A DNA stretch of 64,000 nucleotides from an uncultured delta proteobacterium (GTDB lineage Bacteria; Myxococcota; Kuafuiibacteriia; Kuafuiibacteriales; Kuafuiibacteriaceae): assembly GCA_963803435.1 (NCBI GenBank), contig CAWDML010000012.1:96001-160000 (forward strand), read 5' to 3'. A program made the translations under genes and the position numbers. Shown here piece by piece: positions 42,554-51,142 of this stretch; the stretch's first letter is position 1, and each line of letters starts with the position of its first letter. Under the pieces are notes generated by a model. That model was not told the DNA's origin. It searched no databases and worked only from the letters and a program-made list of their open reading frames with translations.

Positions 42554-42555
42554 GC

Positions 42556-43533
42556 TCAGGGCGAGCGATGGAGCAGGATGGGGCGCGTCTCGCCGCCCGC
42601 GCCGCTGACGCTGCCGGCCGCCCAAACGTCGTCGTGGGAGGGACCCCAGAAGCCGGTGATGGCGCCGGCGCCACCGGCGAACTCGCGGCACCACCCGCCG
42701 GCCTCGTCCCAGAAGAAGATCGAGCTCTCGCTGGAGCCTGCGAACAGGCCGTCCGCATCCACGCCCCAGAGCGCGAAGAAGAAGGCCCGCCGCGGCGCCG
42801 CGCCGAAGAGCCAGCGGTCGCGATCGAACATGGCGAAGCCGGGCAGATCCTCGTCGTTGTGTCCGAGGGCCCAGACGCGGCCCGGGCCCTTGCCCCAGAT
42901 CGCGGTCAACCGTCCGGAGCGTTCGACTCGGATCGTGCTGAAGCGCGCGCCGTCGTACTGGAAGGTCTCGGTGTTGGCGACGATCCGGACGTCGTTCGGT
43001 CCGGCCGCCCAGATCGCGTTCATCGGTCCGTCCGGCCAGGCGGGCTCGACGATCACGTCGCTCCCGTCGAACGCCCGCACACCCTCGTCGCCGATCATCC
43101 AGACCCGGTCCGGAGCGATCGCCCAGAGCCCGACCAGGATCTCCCGCGTGTGTGTTTCGATCGGCGTGAATCGATCGCGCTCGAGTCGCGCCGCGAACCC
43201 GTCGCGACCGACCACCCAGACGTCACCGGCGCTCGAGCCATGGATCGCCATGAGGTCGCCGGCCGCCACGCTGTAGTCGGTCCACTCTCCGTCCTGATAG
43301 CGGAGGATCGTGCCGTGGCCGCCGGCGAACCAGAGCGCGCCGTCGCCCGCGCTCCAGAGGTCGGCGAGCCCGGCGTCGGTGGGGACCGCGAGCTCGCTCC
43401 AGGGCGACCGGTCGCTGCAGGGGACGTCGAGCACCGGGGGCGGCGGCTCGAACGTCTCGGCGGGGAAGAGCTGGGCCCGCTCTCCGTCACCACACGCGAA
43501 GGCCGCGGCGACCAGCCAGGCTGCGCGACGCAC
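42556..43533 (-). CDS. Beta-propeller repeat lipoprotein
   Basis: MRRAAWLVAAAFA-C lipobox and about seven repeats of L.AIWG....DVW.VG. Confidence 0.8.
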   Translation of the reverse strand: MRRAAWLVAAAFACGDGERAQLFPAETFEPPPPVLDVPCSDRSPWSELAVPTDAGLADLWSAGDGALWFAGGHGTILRYQDGEWTDYSVAAGDLMAIHGSSAGDVWVVGRDGFAARLERDRFTPIETHTREILVGLWAIAPDRVWMIGDEGVRAFDGSDVIVEPAWPDGPMNAIWAAGPNDVRIVANTETFQYDGARFSTIRVERSGRLTAIWGKGPGRVWALGHNDEDLPGFAMFDRDRWLFGAAPRRAFFFALWGVDADGLFAGSSESSIFFWDEAGGWCREFAGGAGAITGFWGPSHDDVWAAGSVSGAGGETRPILLHRSP

Positions 43534-44149
43534 GGGTGGAAGATATCTCGGATCGGCGCGGGGTCACCAACTGATAGACGTAGACGGAGGCGCGGCGGCG
43601 CCAGCTCATGTCGAGGTAGAGGACGTCGGAGGGCTCGAACCACTCGTTCGGGTCGAGATCCTGGAGCGTGACGAAGATCAGGCCCTCGTTCAGCAGCGCC
43701 AGGTGATGGGCGAGCTTCTTCATGAACGGCAGCGGGAAGGCGGTGGAGCAGGAGTAGATCACCGTGGCGTCTTCGAGGTCCGAAGTGAGGAAGTTCTCGT
43801 TTCTGAACTCGACCTTCCTCGCCCGGATCACGTCGAGGCTGTGCGCCTCCTCGAGCGCGTCCGTCGCGATGCGCCAGCGGGGCTCGACCAGCTCGATCCC
43901 CACGCACTTGGCGCGCGACGCGATCGCCGCGGTGAGGACCAGCTTTCCCGCGCCGGAGCCGAGATCGTAGAAGCTGTCGTTCCGGTCGAGGCGAAGATAG
44001 TCGATCAACCGCAGGGCCGCCGTCGGCATGATCTCGCCGTACATCGGAGAGGAGCGCGCGCGGTCGACCACGAGCTCGGAGGAGCGTGGGACGCTGAACC
44101 CGTCCCGGTGGCGATAGAGCTTGCGGATGATTTTCCGCGGATCCGTCAT
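43487..44149 (-). CDS. DOT1-like class I SAM-dependent methyltransferase
   Basis: MYGEI, FYDLGSGAGKLV, CVGIEL, ENFL..DL.DATVIY.CSTAF in the order seen in DOT1 catalytic domains. Confidence 0.8.
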   Translation of the reverse strand: MTDPRKIIRKLYRHRDGFSVPRSSELVVDRARSSPMYGEIMPTAALRLIDYLRLDRNDSFYDLGSGAGKLVLTAAIASRAKCVGIELVEPRWRIATDALEEAHSLDVIRARKVEFRNENFLTSDLEDATVIYSCSTAFPLPFMKKLAHHLALLNEGLIFVTLQDLDPNEWFEPSDVLYLDMSWRRRASVYVYQLVTPRRSEISSTRASRSLAGRRGLRVW

Positions 44150-44155
44150 GTCAAC

Positions 44156-45127
44156 TCAACTTGCATCCCGCTCGAAGCGTAAGATCCTGAAGCTTTGCGA
44201 GGGGACGCGCTCGAACCCGAGCTTCTCCAGGAGGCCGATCGAAGGCAACAGCTCCGGCAGCGTTTCCGCGACGACCCGGCGTGCACCCCGATCTCGGGCC
44301 CAGCCGAGAAGCGCCTGCACGGCCTCGCTGGCGAGCCCCTTTCGGTGATGGGTGGGAAGCACCGAGTATCCGACCTCGACCACGCCGTTCGCGTCGGGGG
44401 GGCCCTTGAAGCCTGCGGCGCCGCAGGCGGTGCGCGTCGAGCGCTCGATCAGGTACCAGAGCCACCAGCCGCGCTCGGACGGGCTCTTGCTCAGCTTCTC
44501 CGAGGTGAAGCGGAGCGCGGCCTCGTCGTGGTAGATGGGCGGCCACTCGCGGGGGACGGTGGCGCGCAGGCCCGCGCCCAGAGCTTCGCGGCTCGTGAGG
44601 TCCGCGTGGATCAGATCGACGGTGGCGGCGGCGAGCTCGAGACGATCGGTCTTGAGGCGCTCGGGCGTGAGCCGGCGAATCAGCGCGGCGTGATCGGGGT
44701 GCGAGGCGAGCAGCGCATCGCGATCTCCGAGCTCGAAGCCGGAGAGCTCGAAGCCCGGCGCCATCGTCGTCCCCATCAGCGCGAAGCGCCCGCCCTCGAC
44801 GAGGTGCGAGCCCTGCCACGCCCCCGCGGGGACCCGGTGCTGGACCGCTTGATCGGCGTCGAGCTCCGACCCTAGCCGTACCACCTCGCTGGTCCCGTCC
44901 GGCCGCAGCACCGCGAGCTCGACCGGGTCGCCCAGGTAGAAGTGATAGATCTCGTCAGACGCCAGGCGGTGCATCAGCCCCGCGCTGTCCGGCGCCAACA
45001 GGTAGAAGATCGAGGTGGCGAAGGGCGTCCGGCTGGTCTCCCGGTAATAGCCACCCTCGAACCCGAGGGGCGTGAGCTCGAGGCGTCGGATGACCTCGTC
45101 GACCGAAAGCACCGGAGGAACGTACAC
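44156..45127 (-). CDS. DUF985 (cupin_5) domain fused to a RimJ/RimL-type GNAT acetyltransferase
   Basis: EGGYYRET, TSIFYLL, HRLASDEIYHFYLGDP, VPAGAWQ and MAPGF, followed by GFKGPPD, VEVGY, KGLASEA and SIGLLEKLGF. Confidence 0.88.
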   Translation of the reverse strand: MYVPPVLSVDEVIRRLELTPLGFEGGYYRETSRTPFATSIFYLLAPDSAGLMHRLASDEIYHFYLGDPVELAVLRPDGTSEVVRLGSELDADQAVQHRVPAGAWQGSHLVEGGRFALMGTTMAPGFELSGFELGDRDALLASHPDHAALIRRLTPERLKTDRLELAAATVDLIHADLTSREALGAGLRATVPREWPPIYHDEAALRFTSEKLSKSPSERGWWLWYLIERSTRTACGAAGFKGPPDANGVVEVGYSVLPTHHRKGLASEAVQALLGWARDRGARRVVAETLPELLPSIGLLEKLGFERVPSQSFRILRFERDAS

Positions 45128-45149
45128 TTTCGGTCCTTCCAGGCAATGC

Positions 45150-45207
45150 TTGACAAGTCAGTAGACCAGTCGACATAGTTTGAAGAGCTAATATGAAGAA
45201 CGGTCTA
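45150..45207 (+). promoter_or_regulatory. Sigma70 promoter overlapped by two inverted TetR (LmrA/YxaF-type) operator boxes
   Basis: TTGACA at 45150-45155, 18-nt spacer, CATAGT at 45174-45179. Boxes TAGACCAGTCGACATAGT (45162-45179) and AATATGAAGAACGGTCTA (45190-45207) are near reverse complements. Confidence 0.7.
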
Positions 45208-46440
45208 CTTTCTAGTCACCTCACCCTTCCCAATGGCCGAACCGTGAAGAACCGGCTGGCCAAGGCCGCCATGAGCGAGAGCCTGGGCGAGCCCGACGGC
45301 CGCCCCTCCGAGGGCCTGATCCGCCTCTACGACCGCTGGGCCCGGGGCGGGACCGGCCTCCTCATCACCGGCAACGTCATGATCCAATCGGGCGCCCAGA
45401 CCGATCCGCTCAACGTCATCATCGAGGACGAGCAGCACCTCCCCGTGCTGTCGCGCTGGGCCCGCGCCGCGCAGGCCGACGGCACGCGGGTGCTCGCGCA
45501 GATCAATCACCCCGGCCGCCAGGCCATAACGGTCAGGTCGGGTGGACGTCCGGTCGCACCCTCGGAGGTCGAGATGCAGGGCCTCTCGATGCTCTTCCGG
45601 AAGCCGCGCGCAATGGAGGACGGCGAGGTGGAGACCATGATCGACCGCTTCGTTCGGACCGCCACCGTCTTCGAGAAGGCGGGCTTCGACGGCGTCGAGA
45701 TCCATGGCGCGCACGGCTACCTGATCAGCCAGTTCCTCTCCCCTCTCTCCAATGTACGTGACGATCGCTGGGGCGGCGACCCGCAGCGCCGGATGCGCCT
45801 GTTGCTGGAGGTCGTGCGGCGCGTGCGCGAGGCGGTCGCGCCCAGCTTCATCCTCGCGGTCAAGCTGAACTCCGCCGACTTCATGCGCGGCGGCTTCGAC
45901 GAGGACGAGTCGATGAACGTGGTGCGCGCGCTCGACTCGGAGGGGATCGATCTGCTCGAGATCTCCGGGGGCAACTACGAGGCGCCGGCGATGATGGGCA
46001 CGGCGAAGGCCAGCACGGTGCAGCGCGAAGCCTACTTCCTGGAGTATGCGGAGCGGGTCCGCAGCCTGACCTCGGTGCCGCTGATGGTGACCGGCGGGTT
46101 CCGCTCGCGCGAGGTGATGGAGCGGGCGATCGATTGCGGAGCGGTCGATCTGATAGGAGTCGCGCGCCCGCTCGCCCTCGAGCCGGACCTCTCCAGGCGG
46201 CTGATGAACGGCGAGGCCGATCGTGCGAAGACAGTGAACGTGAGCGTCGGCATCCGCCTCTTCGACAGCGTCCTCCAGGGCTCCTGGTACCAGGAGCAGC
46301 TGTACCGGATCGCGCGCGGTCTCGATCCCGATCCCGATCTGGGCAAGTGGCGCATGGTCTGGGCAGGCTTCCGGGCCCGCGCGTTCCCGCCGACGGCGCC
46401 GCCCGCGAAGATCAGCGAGCCTCTGGGAGCCCCCTCGTGA
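45193..46440 (+). CDS. NADH:flavin oxidoreductase (Old Yellow Enzyme family)
   Basis: NRLAKAAMSE, QINHPGRQ, GFDGVEIHGAHGYLISQFLSP, N.R.D.WGG, KLNSADF and TGGFR. Confidence 0.95.
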   Translation: MKNGLLSSHLTLPNGRTVKNRLAKAAMSESLGEPDGRPSEGLIRLYDRWARGGTGLLITGNVMIQSGAQTDPLNVIIEDEQHLPVLSRWARAAQADGTRVLAQINHPGRQAITVRSGGRPVAPSEVEMQGLSMLFRKPRAMEDGEVETMIDRFVRTATVFEKAGFDGVEIHGAHGYLISQFLSPLSNVRDDRWGGDPQRRMRLLLEVVRRVREAVAPSFILAVKLNSADFMRGGFDEDESMNVVRALDSEGIDLLEISGGNYEAPAMMGTAKASTVQREAYFLEYAERVRSLTSVPLMVTGGFRSREVMERAIDCGAVDLIGVARPLALEPDLSRRLMNGEADRAKTVNVSVGIRLFDSVLQGSWYQEQLYRIARGLDPDPDLGKWRMVWAGFRARAFPPTAPPAKISEPLGAPS

Positions 46441-47003
46441 CCAAGTCCAACAGCCGCGAGCGCCTCGTGACCACCACCGCGGCCCTCCTGCAGAAGCAAG
46501 GCTACTTCGGGACCGGCCTCAACGAGATCGTGAAGGCGAGCGGAGCGCCCAAAGGCTCGCTCTATTTTCACTTCCCAGGGGGGAAGGAGGAGCTGGCGGC
46601 CGAGGCCCTCGCGCTCAACGGCGCTGGCATGCGGGCGCAGCTCCAGGCGGCGCTGGAGGGCGTCGACGATCTCGAGCAGGCACTCGGGGTCGCCATCGAT
46701 GCGCTGGCGTCGCAGCTCGAAGAGAGCGATTACACCGCTGGCTGTCCCATCGCGACCGTGGCGCTGGAGGCGGCCGCCACCTCGGATCGGATCCACGAGG
46801 TGTCGAAGGAGGCGTACGAGTCGTGGGAGGCGATTGTCGAGGCCCGGCTGGTGACCGCGGGCGTCCCGGAGGCGGAGGCGAAAGAGCTCGGCCTGGCGAT
46901 CCTGGCGGCCGTCGAGGGTGCGCTCCTGTTGTCGCGCGCCTACCGCGACACGCGGCCGCTGCGCACGGTCCAACGCGTGCTGGTGCGGATGATCGGGCGA
47001 TGA
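46437..47003 (+). CDS. TetR/AcrR family regulator (LmrA/YxaF-like)
   Basis: GTGA overlap with the OYE stop. QGYFGTGLNEIVKASGAPKGSLYFHFPGGKEEL, GCPIATVALE and EGALLLSR. Confidence 0.93.
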   Translation: MTKSNSRERLVTTTAALLQKQGYFGTGLNEIVKASGAPKGSLYFHFPGGKEELAAEALALNGAGMRAQLQAALEGVDDLEQALGVAIDALASQLEESDYTAGCPIATVALEAAATSDRIHEVSKEAYESWEAIVEARLVTAGVPEAEAKELGLAILAAVEGALLLSRAYRDTRPLRTVQRVLVRMIGR

Positions 47004-47671
47004 TCCTCGACGCCGCCTTCTTCGATCGCGACGCCCTGCTGGTCGCGCGCGAGCTGGTCGGCAAGGTGCTGCGCCGCCGCCACCGGGGCCGTTGGCTCTC
47101 GGCCGCCGTCGTCGAGGCGGAGGCTTACTACCTCGAGGAGAAGGGGAGCCACGCCTCGCTCGGCCGAACGCCCAGCCGCGAGGCGCTCTTCATGCCCGCC
47201 GGCACGATCTACATGTACTACTCGCGGGGGGGCGACTCGCTGAACGTGAGCTGCCGTGGCGAAGGCAACGCCGTGCTGGTCAAGAGCGGTGTGGTCCACC
47301 TCGACGCGCGCTCACCCGAAGCCAGCCTGCGCGCGATGCAGCGCCTCAACCCGTGCAAGGAGCGCCTCCGCGATCCCGAGCGCCTCTGCTCCGGACAGAC
47401 GCTCCTGTGCCGGTCGCTGGCGTTGACGGTCGACGACTGGAACCGGAGGCCGTTCGACCCCGAGTCGTTCTTCCTCGAGGATGTCGGGCGGCGACCCCAG
47501 TTGATCCAGGCCCGCCGCCTGGGCATCCCGACGGGACGCGACGAGCACCTCCCGTACCGGTTCGTCGACCTCGAGCGCGCCCGCCATGCCACCGAGAATC
47601 CGCTCCGGAAGCGTGGCTGGCGCGAGGGCGTGGACTACTGGCTCGCGCAGGCCGACTTGCCTCGCCGGTGA
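47000..47671 (+). CDS. mpg: DNA-3-methyladenine glycosylase (MPG/AAG family)
   Basis: ATGA overlap with the TetR stop. FFDRDALLVARELVGK, VEAEAY, SHA, IYMY, LNVS, AVLV, LCSG and RLGI. Confidence 0.88.
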   Translation: MILDAAFFDRDALLVARELVGKVLRRRHRGRWLSAAVVEAEAYYLEEKGSHASLGRTPSREALFMPAGTIYMYYSRGGDSLNVSCRGEGNAVLVKSGVVHLDARSPEASLRAMQRLNPCKERLRDPERLCSGQTLLCRSLALTVDDWNRRPFDPESFFLEDVGRRPQLIQARRLGIPTGRDEHLPYRFVDLERARHATENPLRKRGWREGVDYWLAQADLPRR

Positions 47672-47692
47672 TGCAGCGGGTCTCCTCCGCGG

Positions 47693-48289
47693 ATGGCGAT
47701 CTACCGTTGCCCGTGGTGCGGCACCGATCCCACGTACGTCGCGTATCACGACGAAGAGTGGGGCGTCCCGCTGCACGACGAGCACCGGTTGTTCGAGATG
47801 CTGGTGCTCGAGGGAGCCCAGGCCGGGCTCAGCTGGTCGACGATCCTCCACAAGCGGCCCGCCTATCGAAGGGCCTTCGCGAGCTTCGATCCCGCCAAGG
47901 TCGCTCGCTTCGACGCGAGAAAGCGCGAGCGACTCCTCCAGGATCCCGGGATTGTCCGCAACCGCGCGAAGGTCGCCGCTGCCGTCACGAACGCCCGCGC
48001 GTTCCTCGAGGTCGAGGAGGAGGTCGGCAGCTTCGACCGTTACCTCTGGGGCTTCGTCGACGGAGTCCCGATCCAGAATCGCCGCCGCAGCATGAAGAAC
48101 GTGCCCGCGACCACCCCGCTCTCGGACGTGCTCAGCAAGGAGCTCGCGCGCCGAGGGTTCAAGTTCGTCGGCTCCACCATCTGCTACTCGCTGATGCAGG
48201 CGGTCGGCATGGTGAACGATCACCTGATTCGCTGTTTTCGACACCGGGAGGTGGATCCATCTGTCCGTCTCGCACGTACGGGTGAATAG
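47693..48289 (+). CDS. tag: DNA-3-methyladenine glycosylase I
   Basis: RCPW, YHDEEWGVP, LEGAQAGLSW, IVRNRAK, GFKFVG and GMVNDH...C. Confidence 0.96.
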   Translation: MAIYRCPWCGTDPTYVAYHDEEWGVPLHDEHRLFEMLVLEGAQAGLSWSTILHKRPAYRRAFASFDPAKVARFDARKRERLLQDPGIVRNRAKVAAAVTNARAFLEVEEEVGSFDRYLWGFVDGVPIQNRRRSMKNVPATTPLSDVLSKELARRGFKFVGSTICYSLMQAVGMVNDHLIRCFRHREVDPSVRLARTGE

Positions 48290-48340
48290 AGGACGCTTTG
48301 CCTCCGCTCTCGGATTCCGACAGACTGGCCCGGTAGCTCG

Positions 48341-50215
48341 ATGGACACCTCGCCTTCCATCGACCCGCTCCTCGGGCGGGTGATCGCAGGCAAATTGGAG
48401 CTGCTGGAGGTCCTCGGCAGCGGCGCCATGGGCAAGGTCTACCGCGCCCAGCACCTCGGGCTCGCCAAGCCGGTCGCGATCAAGGTCCTGGCCCAGAACG
48501 CGCAGGCGCCCGAGCAGCACGCGCTCCGGTTCAAGGCCGAGGCCCGCGCTGCCTCCCGGCTCGATCACCCGAACGTCGTCCAGATCCTCGACTTCGGCGA
48601 GGACGACGACGGCCTCCTGTATCTGGCGATGGAGTTCCTCGACGGCCAGGATCTGCAGGCTCTGTTGCGCGATCACGGGCGCCTCCAGACGGTGCGCGTC
48701 GCCTGGATCATGTCGCAGGTCCTCTCCGCCCTGGCGGCCGCCCACAAGAAGGGCGTCATCCATCGCGACATGAAGCCCGGCAACATCATGCTGACCACCA
48801 AGGCCGGCGAGGACGGGATGATCGCCGACTTTGTGAAGGTCTGCGACTTCGGGCTCGCCAAGATCCTCGATGTGGGCGACGGCGAGGTGACGAGCGGACC
48901 GGTCACGCGACAGGGGGCGATCTTCGGAACGCCTGCGTACATGTCACCCGAGCAGGCGCGCGGCGATCCGCTGGATCACCGGAGCGACATCTACTCGTGC
49001 GGTGTCATCGTCTACAAGATGGTGACCGGACGGACGCCGTTTCGCGCCGAGACGCCGACGGGTGTCTTGATGAAGCACATCTCCGAGATGCCGGCGCCGA
49101 TGCACGAGTGGGTCCAGGACGCCGACCCGAGGCTCGAGGCGATCGTCGCCGGCTGCATGGAGAAGGATCGCGACGCGCGCTATCAGGATGCGCGCGTCGT
49201 CCGCGACGAGCTCCGCAAGATCCTCGAGGACGCCGGCATGGGCAGGTCCGCCATCACGGGCCTCGCCTCCTCGCCGTACCGGTCCCGAGGATCGGAGCGA
49301 TCCGTCCCGCTCTCGGGCCCGCCCGGGCGGAGCAGCTCGGCCGTCGCGACGGAGCTTCCGCCGACCATGACGCCCTCGATGGCCGCCACCGAGGCGCTGG
49401 AGTCGGCGCCGCTCCAGACGCTGCCGCCGGCCAACGACAGCAGCGCGACCGCGCAGCTCACCGCGCCGCCCCCGAAGACGGCATTGATCGCCGCGATCCC
49501 GGGCGCGATCGCGCTGTTGATGGTGGGCGGGCTGATCGCGTTCCTCTTGATCACGCGGGCGGAGCGGGCGCAGCCGGCGATCGATCCCCCGCCGCCCTCC
49601 GCCGTCGCCGTCGCGCCGCCGCCGCCCGCCCAGATCGAGCCGCCGCCACCGGAGACGATCGAGCCCCCGCCCGCGCAGAAGATCGAGCCCCCGCCGCCCC
49701 ATCGCCCGAGGAGGACGGGTCCCCACCACCGCACGCCGGTGCCGCCGCCGCGGCCGCGCGCCCGGATCGAGCCGCCGCCGCCGGTGAAGATCTCGCCACC
49801 CCCACCGCCGCCCGCAGCGAGGGTCGAGCCGCCGCCGCCGCCGAAGGTCGAGCCCCCGCCGCCGTCGGGTCCGCCGAAGCTCCAGGCGGGATGGCGACTC
49901 TCGATCGACCTCGTCGATCTGGAGGTCAAGGGTGGGATCTCGAAGATGCGATCGAAGGACGGCCTCGACCGCCACCTGCCGGCCGCCGAGGCGTGCGTTC
50001 GAAAGGCCGTCGCGGCGAAGGGCCTGCACGGGAGCGGACGCATCGAGGTCCGCGCCACGATCACGGTGCGGGGTCATCTCAAAGCGATCTCGACGCGCGG
50101 GCTCGCCGGCGCCGAGCTCTGCCTGGAGGAGGCGTTCGCGCCCGCGCGGCTGCCCGCCCCCGACACCGGCGCCGGCTCGATCGCGTTCGCCCTCGCCTAC
50201 GAAACCGAGCGGTGA
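48341..50215 (+). CDS. Membrane Ser/Thr protein kinase with a Pro-rich periplasmic linker and TonB-C/AgmX-like C-terminal domain
   Basis: [22 protein letters not shown] and GTPAYMSPE; [17 protein letters not shown]; (I/V)EPPPP repeats; C-terminal domain with two Cys. Confidence 0.92.
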   Translation: MDTSPSIDPLLGRVIAGKLELLEVLGSGAMGKVYRAQHLGLAKPVAIKVLAQNAQAPEQHALRFKAEARAASRLDHPNVVQILDFGEDDDGLLYLAMEFLDGQDLQALLRDHGRLQTVRVAWIMSQVLSALAAAHKKGVIHRDMKPGNIMLTTKAGEDGMIADFVKVCDFGLAKILDVGDGEVTSGPVTRQGAIFGTPAYMSPEQARGDPLDHRSDIYSCGVIVYKMVTGRTPFRAETPTGVLMKHISEMPAPMHEWVQDADPRLEAIVAGCMEKDRDARYQDARVVRDELRKILEDAGMGRSAITGLASSPYRSRGSERSVPLSGPPGRSSSAVATELPPTMTPSMAATEALESAPLQTLPPANDSSATAQLTAPPPKTALIAAIPGAIALLMVGGLIAFLLITRAERAQPAIDPPPPSAVAVAPPPPAQIEPPPPETIEPPPAQKIEPPPPHRPRRTGPHHRTPVPPPRPRARIEPPPPVKISPPPPPPAARVEPPPPPKVEPPPPSGPPKLQAGWRLSIDLVDLEVKGGISKMRSKDGLDRHLPAAEACVRKAVAAKGLHGSGRIEVRATITVRGHLKAISTRGLAGAELCLEEAFAPARLPAPDTGAGSIAFALAYETER

Positions 50216-50244
50216 GGTGGTATAGACCTCGCGGAGACTGACGG

Positions 50245-50724
50245 ATGCTCGCCTCCAACCCTCGCTGCGCGGCCGGACTGCTGGCGCTCCTTCCGAGCCT
50301 GGGCTGTCTCGACGCCATCGACGCGCTCGATCCGAACGTCGGCGAGCCCCTCGCGGATCGATGCGTCAACCAGGATGCCCATCCGGACCGCGACGTGTCC
50401 TTCTCGCGGGAGGTCCTCCCCATCTTGAAGGGCCAGGCCGGCCCCGTCGGCTGCACCTGCCACCAACCGTCGGATCCCAACCCGATCGGCCTCGAGCAGA
50501 CGGCGCTCGACCTCTCCACCTACGACTCCCTGCGCGCCGGCGGGATCGACACCGGCACCAGCATCATCGTCCCGGCCGCGCCGTGCGACTCGCTCCTCTA
50601 CCAGAAGATCAGCCCCGGCCCGCCGTTCGGGGCGCGCATGCCGTTCAGCGGCCCTCCGTTCCTGGGCGACGAGGAGCGGCGCTTGATCGCCGACTGGATC
50701 GCGGAGGGCGCCCGTGACAACTAG
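50245..50724 (+). CDS. Lipoprotein with a planctomycete-type cytochrome c-like domain (CxCH motif)
   Basis: LLPSLG-C lipobox, VSFSREVLPIL, GCTCH, LDLSTYDSLRAGG, SLLYQKI, RMP (candidate distal Met) and WIAEGA. Confidence 0.75.
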   Translation: MLASNPRCAAGLLALLPSLGCLDAIDALDPNVGEPLADRCVNQDAHPDRDVSFSREVLPILKGQAGPVGCTCHQPSDPNPIGLEQTALDLSTYDSLRAGGIDTGTSIIVPAAPCDSLLYQKISPGPPFGARMPFSGPPFLGDEERRLIADWIAEGARDN

Positions 50725-51142
50725 GCTTGCACTCGCCTGCGCGCTCGGCGCCGCCCTGTTCGCCTGCATCGGCGGAGGATCCGGACGCCGCGGCGGGCTC
50801 CCTGAAGCCACCATCCAGTCCTTCCCGCCCGACGTGGCCGAGGCCTATCAGCTCTTCGCCGTCCGCTGCTCGCGCTGCCACACGCTGGCCCGCCCGCTCG
50901 ACGCGTCGATCACCGACTACCACCACTGGGAGGAATACGTCGCCCGCATGCGCCATCATGCCGGCAGCGGAATCTCGCCCAGGGACGCCGAGCGGATCCT
51001 GGTCTTCCTCAAGTACTACACCGACCTCAAGGTGAAGCAGCTCGAGGGCGACGCGCCCGAAACGCCGCCGCCGCCCGCGCCCCCGCCGGACGAGAAATCG
51101 CGCCTCCCCGACGCTGCCGCGCCGGTCGAGGTGGCCCGGTGA
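50714..51142 (+). CDS. Monoheme c-type cytochrome lipoprotein
   Basis: ALFA-C lipobox, LFAVRCSRCH, WEEYVARM (candidate distal Met) and a Pro-rich tail. Confidence 0.82.
   Translation: MTTRLALACALGAALFACIGGGSGRRGGLPEATIQSFPPDVAEAYQLFAVRCSRCHTLARPLDASITDYHHWEEYVARMRHHAGSGISPRDAERILVFLKYYTDLKVKQLEGDAPETPPPPAPPPDEKSRLPDAAAPVEVAR

Noticed and set aside
42554-43671. Extension of ORF 41521..43671 as a large amidohydrolase fusion
   Set aside because: It lies antisense to the beta-propeller lipoprotein and DOT1-like genes and has no amidohydrolase motifs.
49570-49880. Tandem GAGCCGCCGCCG-type repeats as a possible CRISPR or VNTR array
   Set aside because: They are in-frame codons for the (I/V)EPPPP linker of the kinase. 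There is no constant repeat-spacer period and no cas gene.
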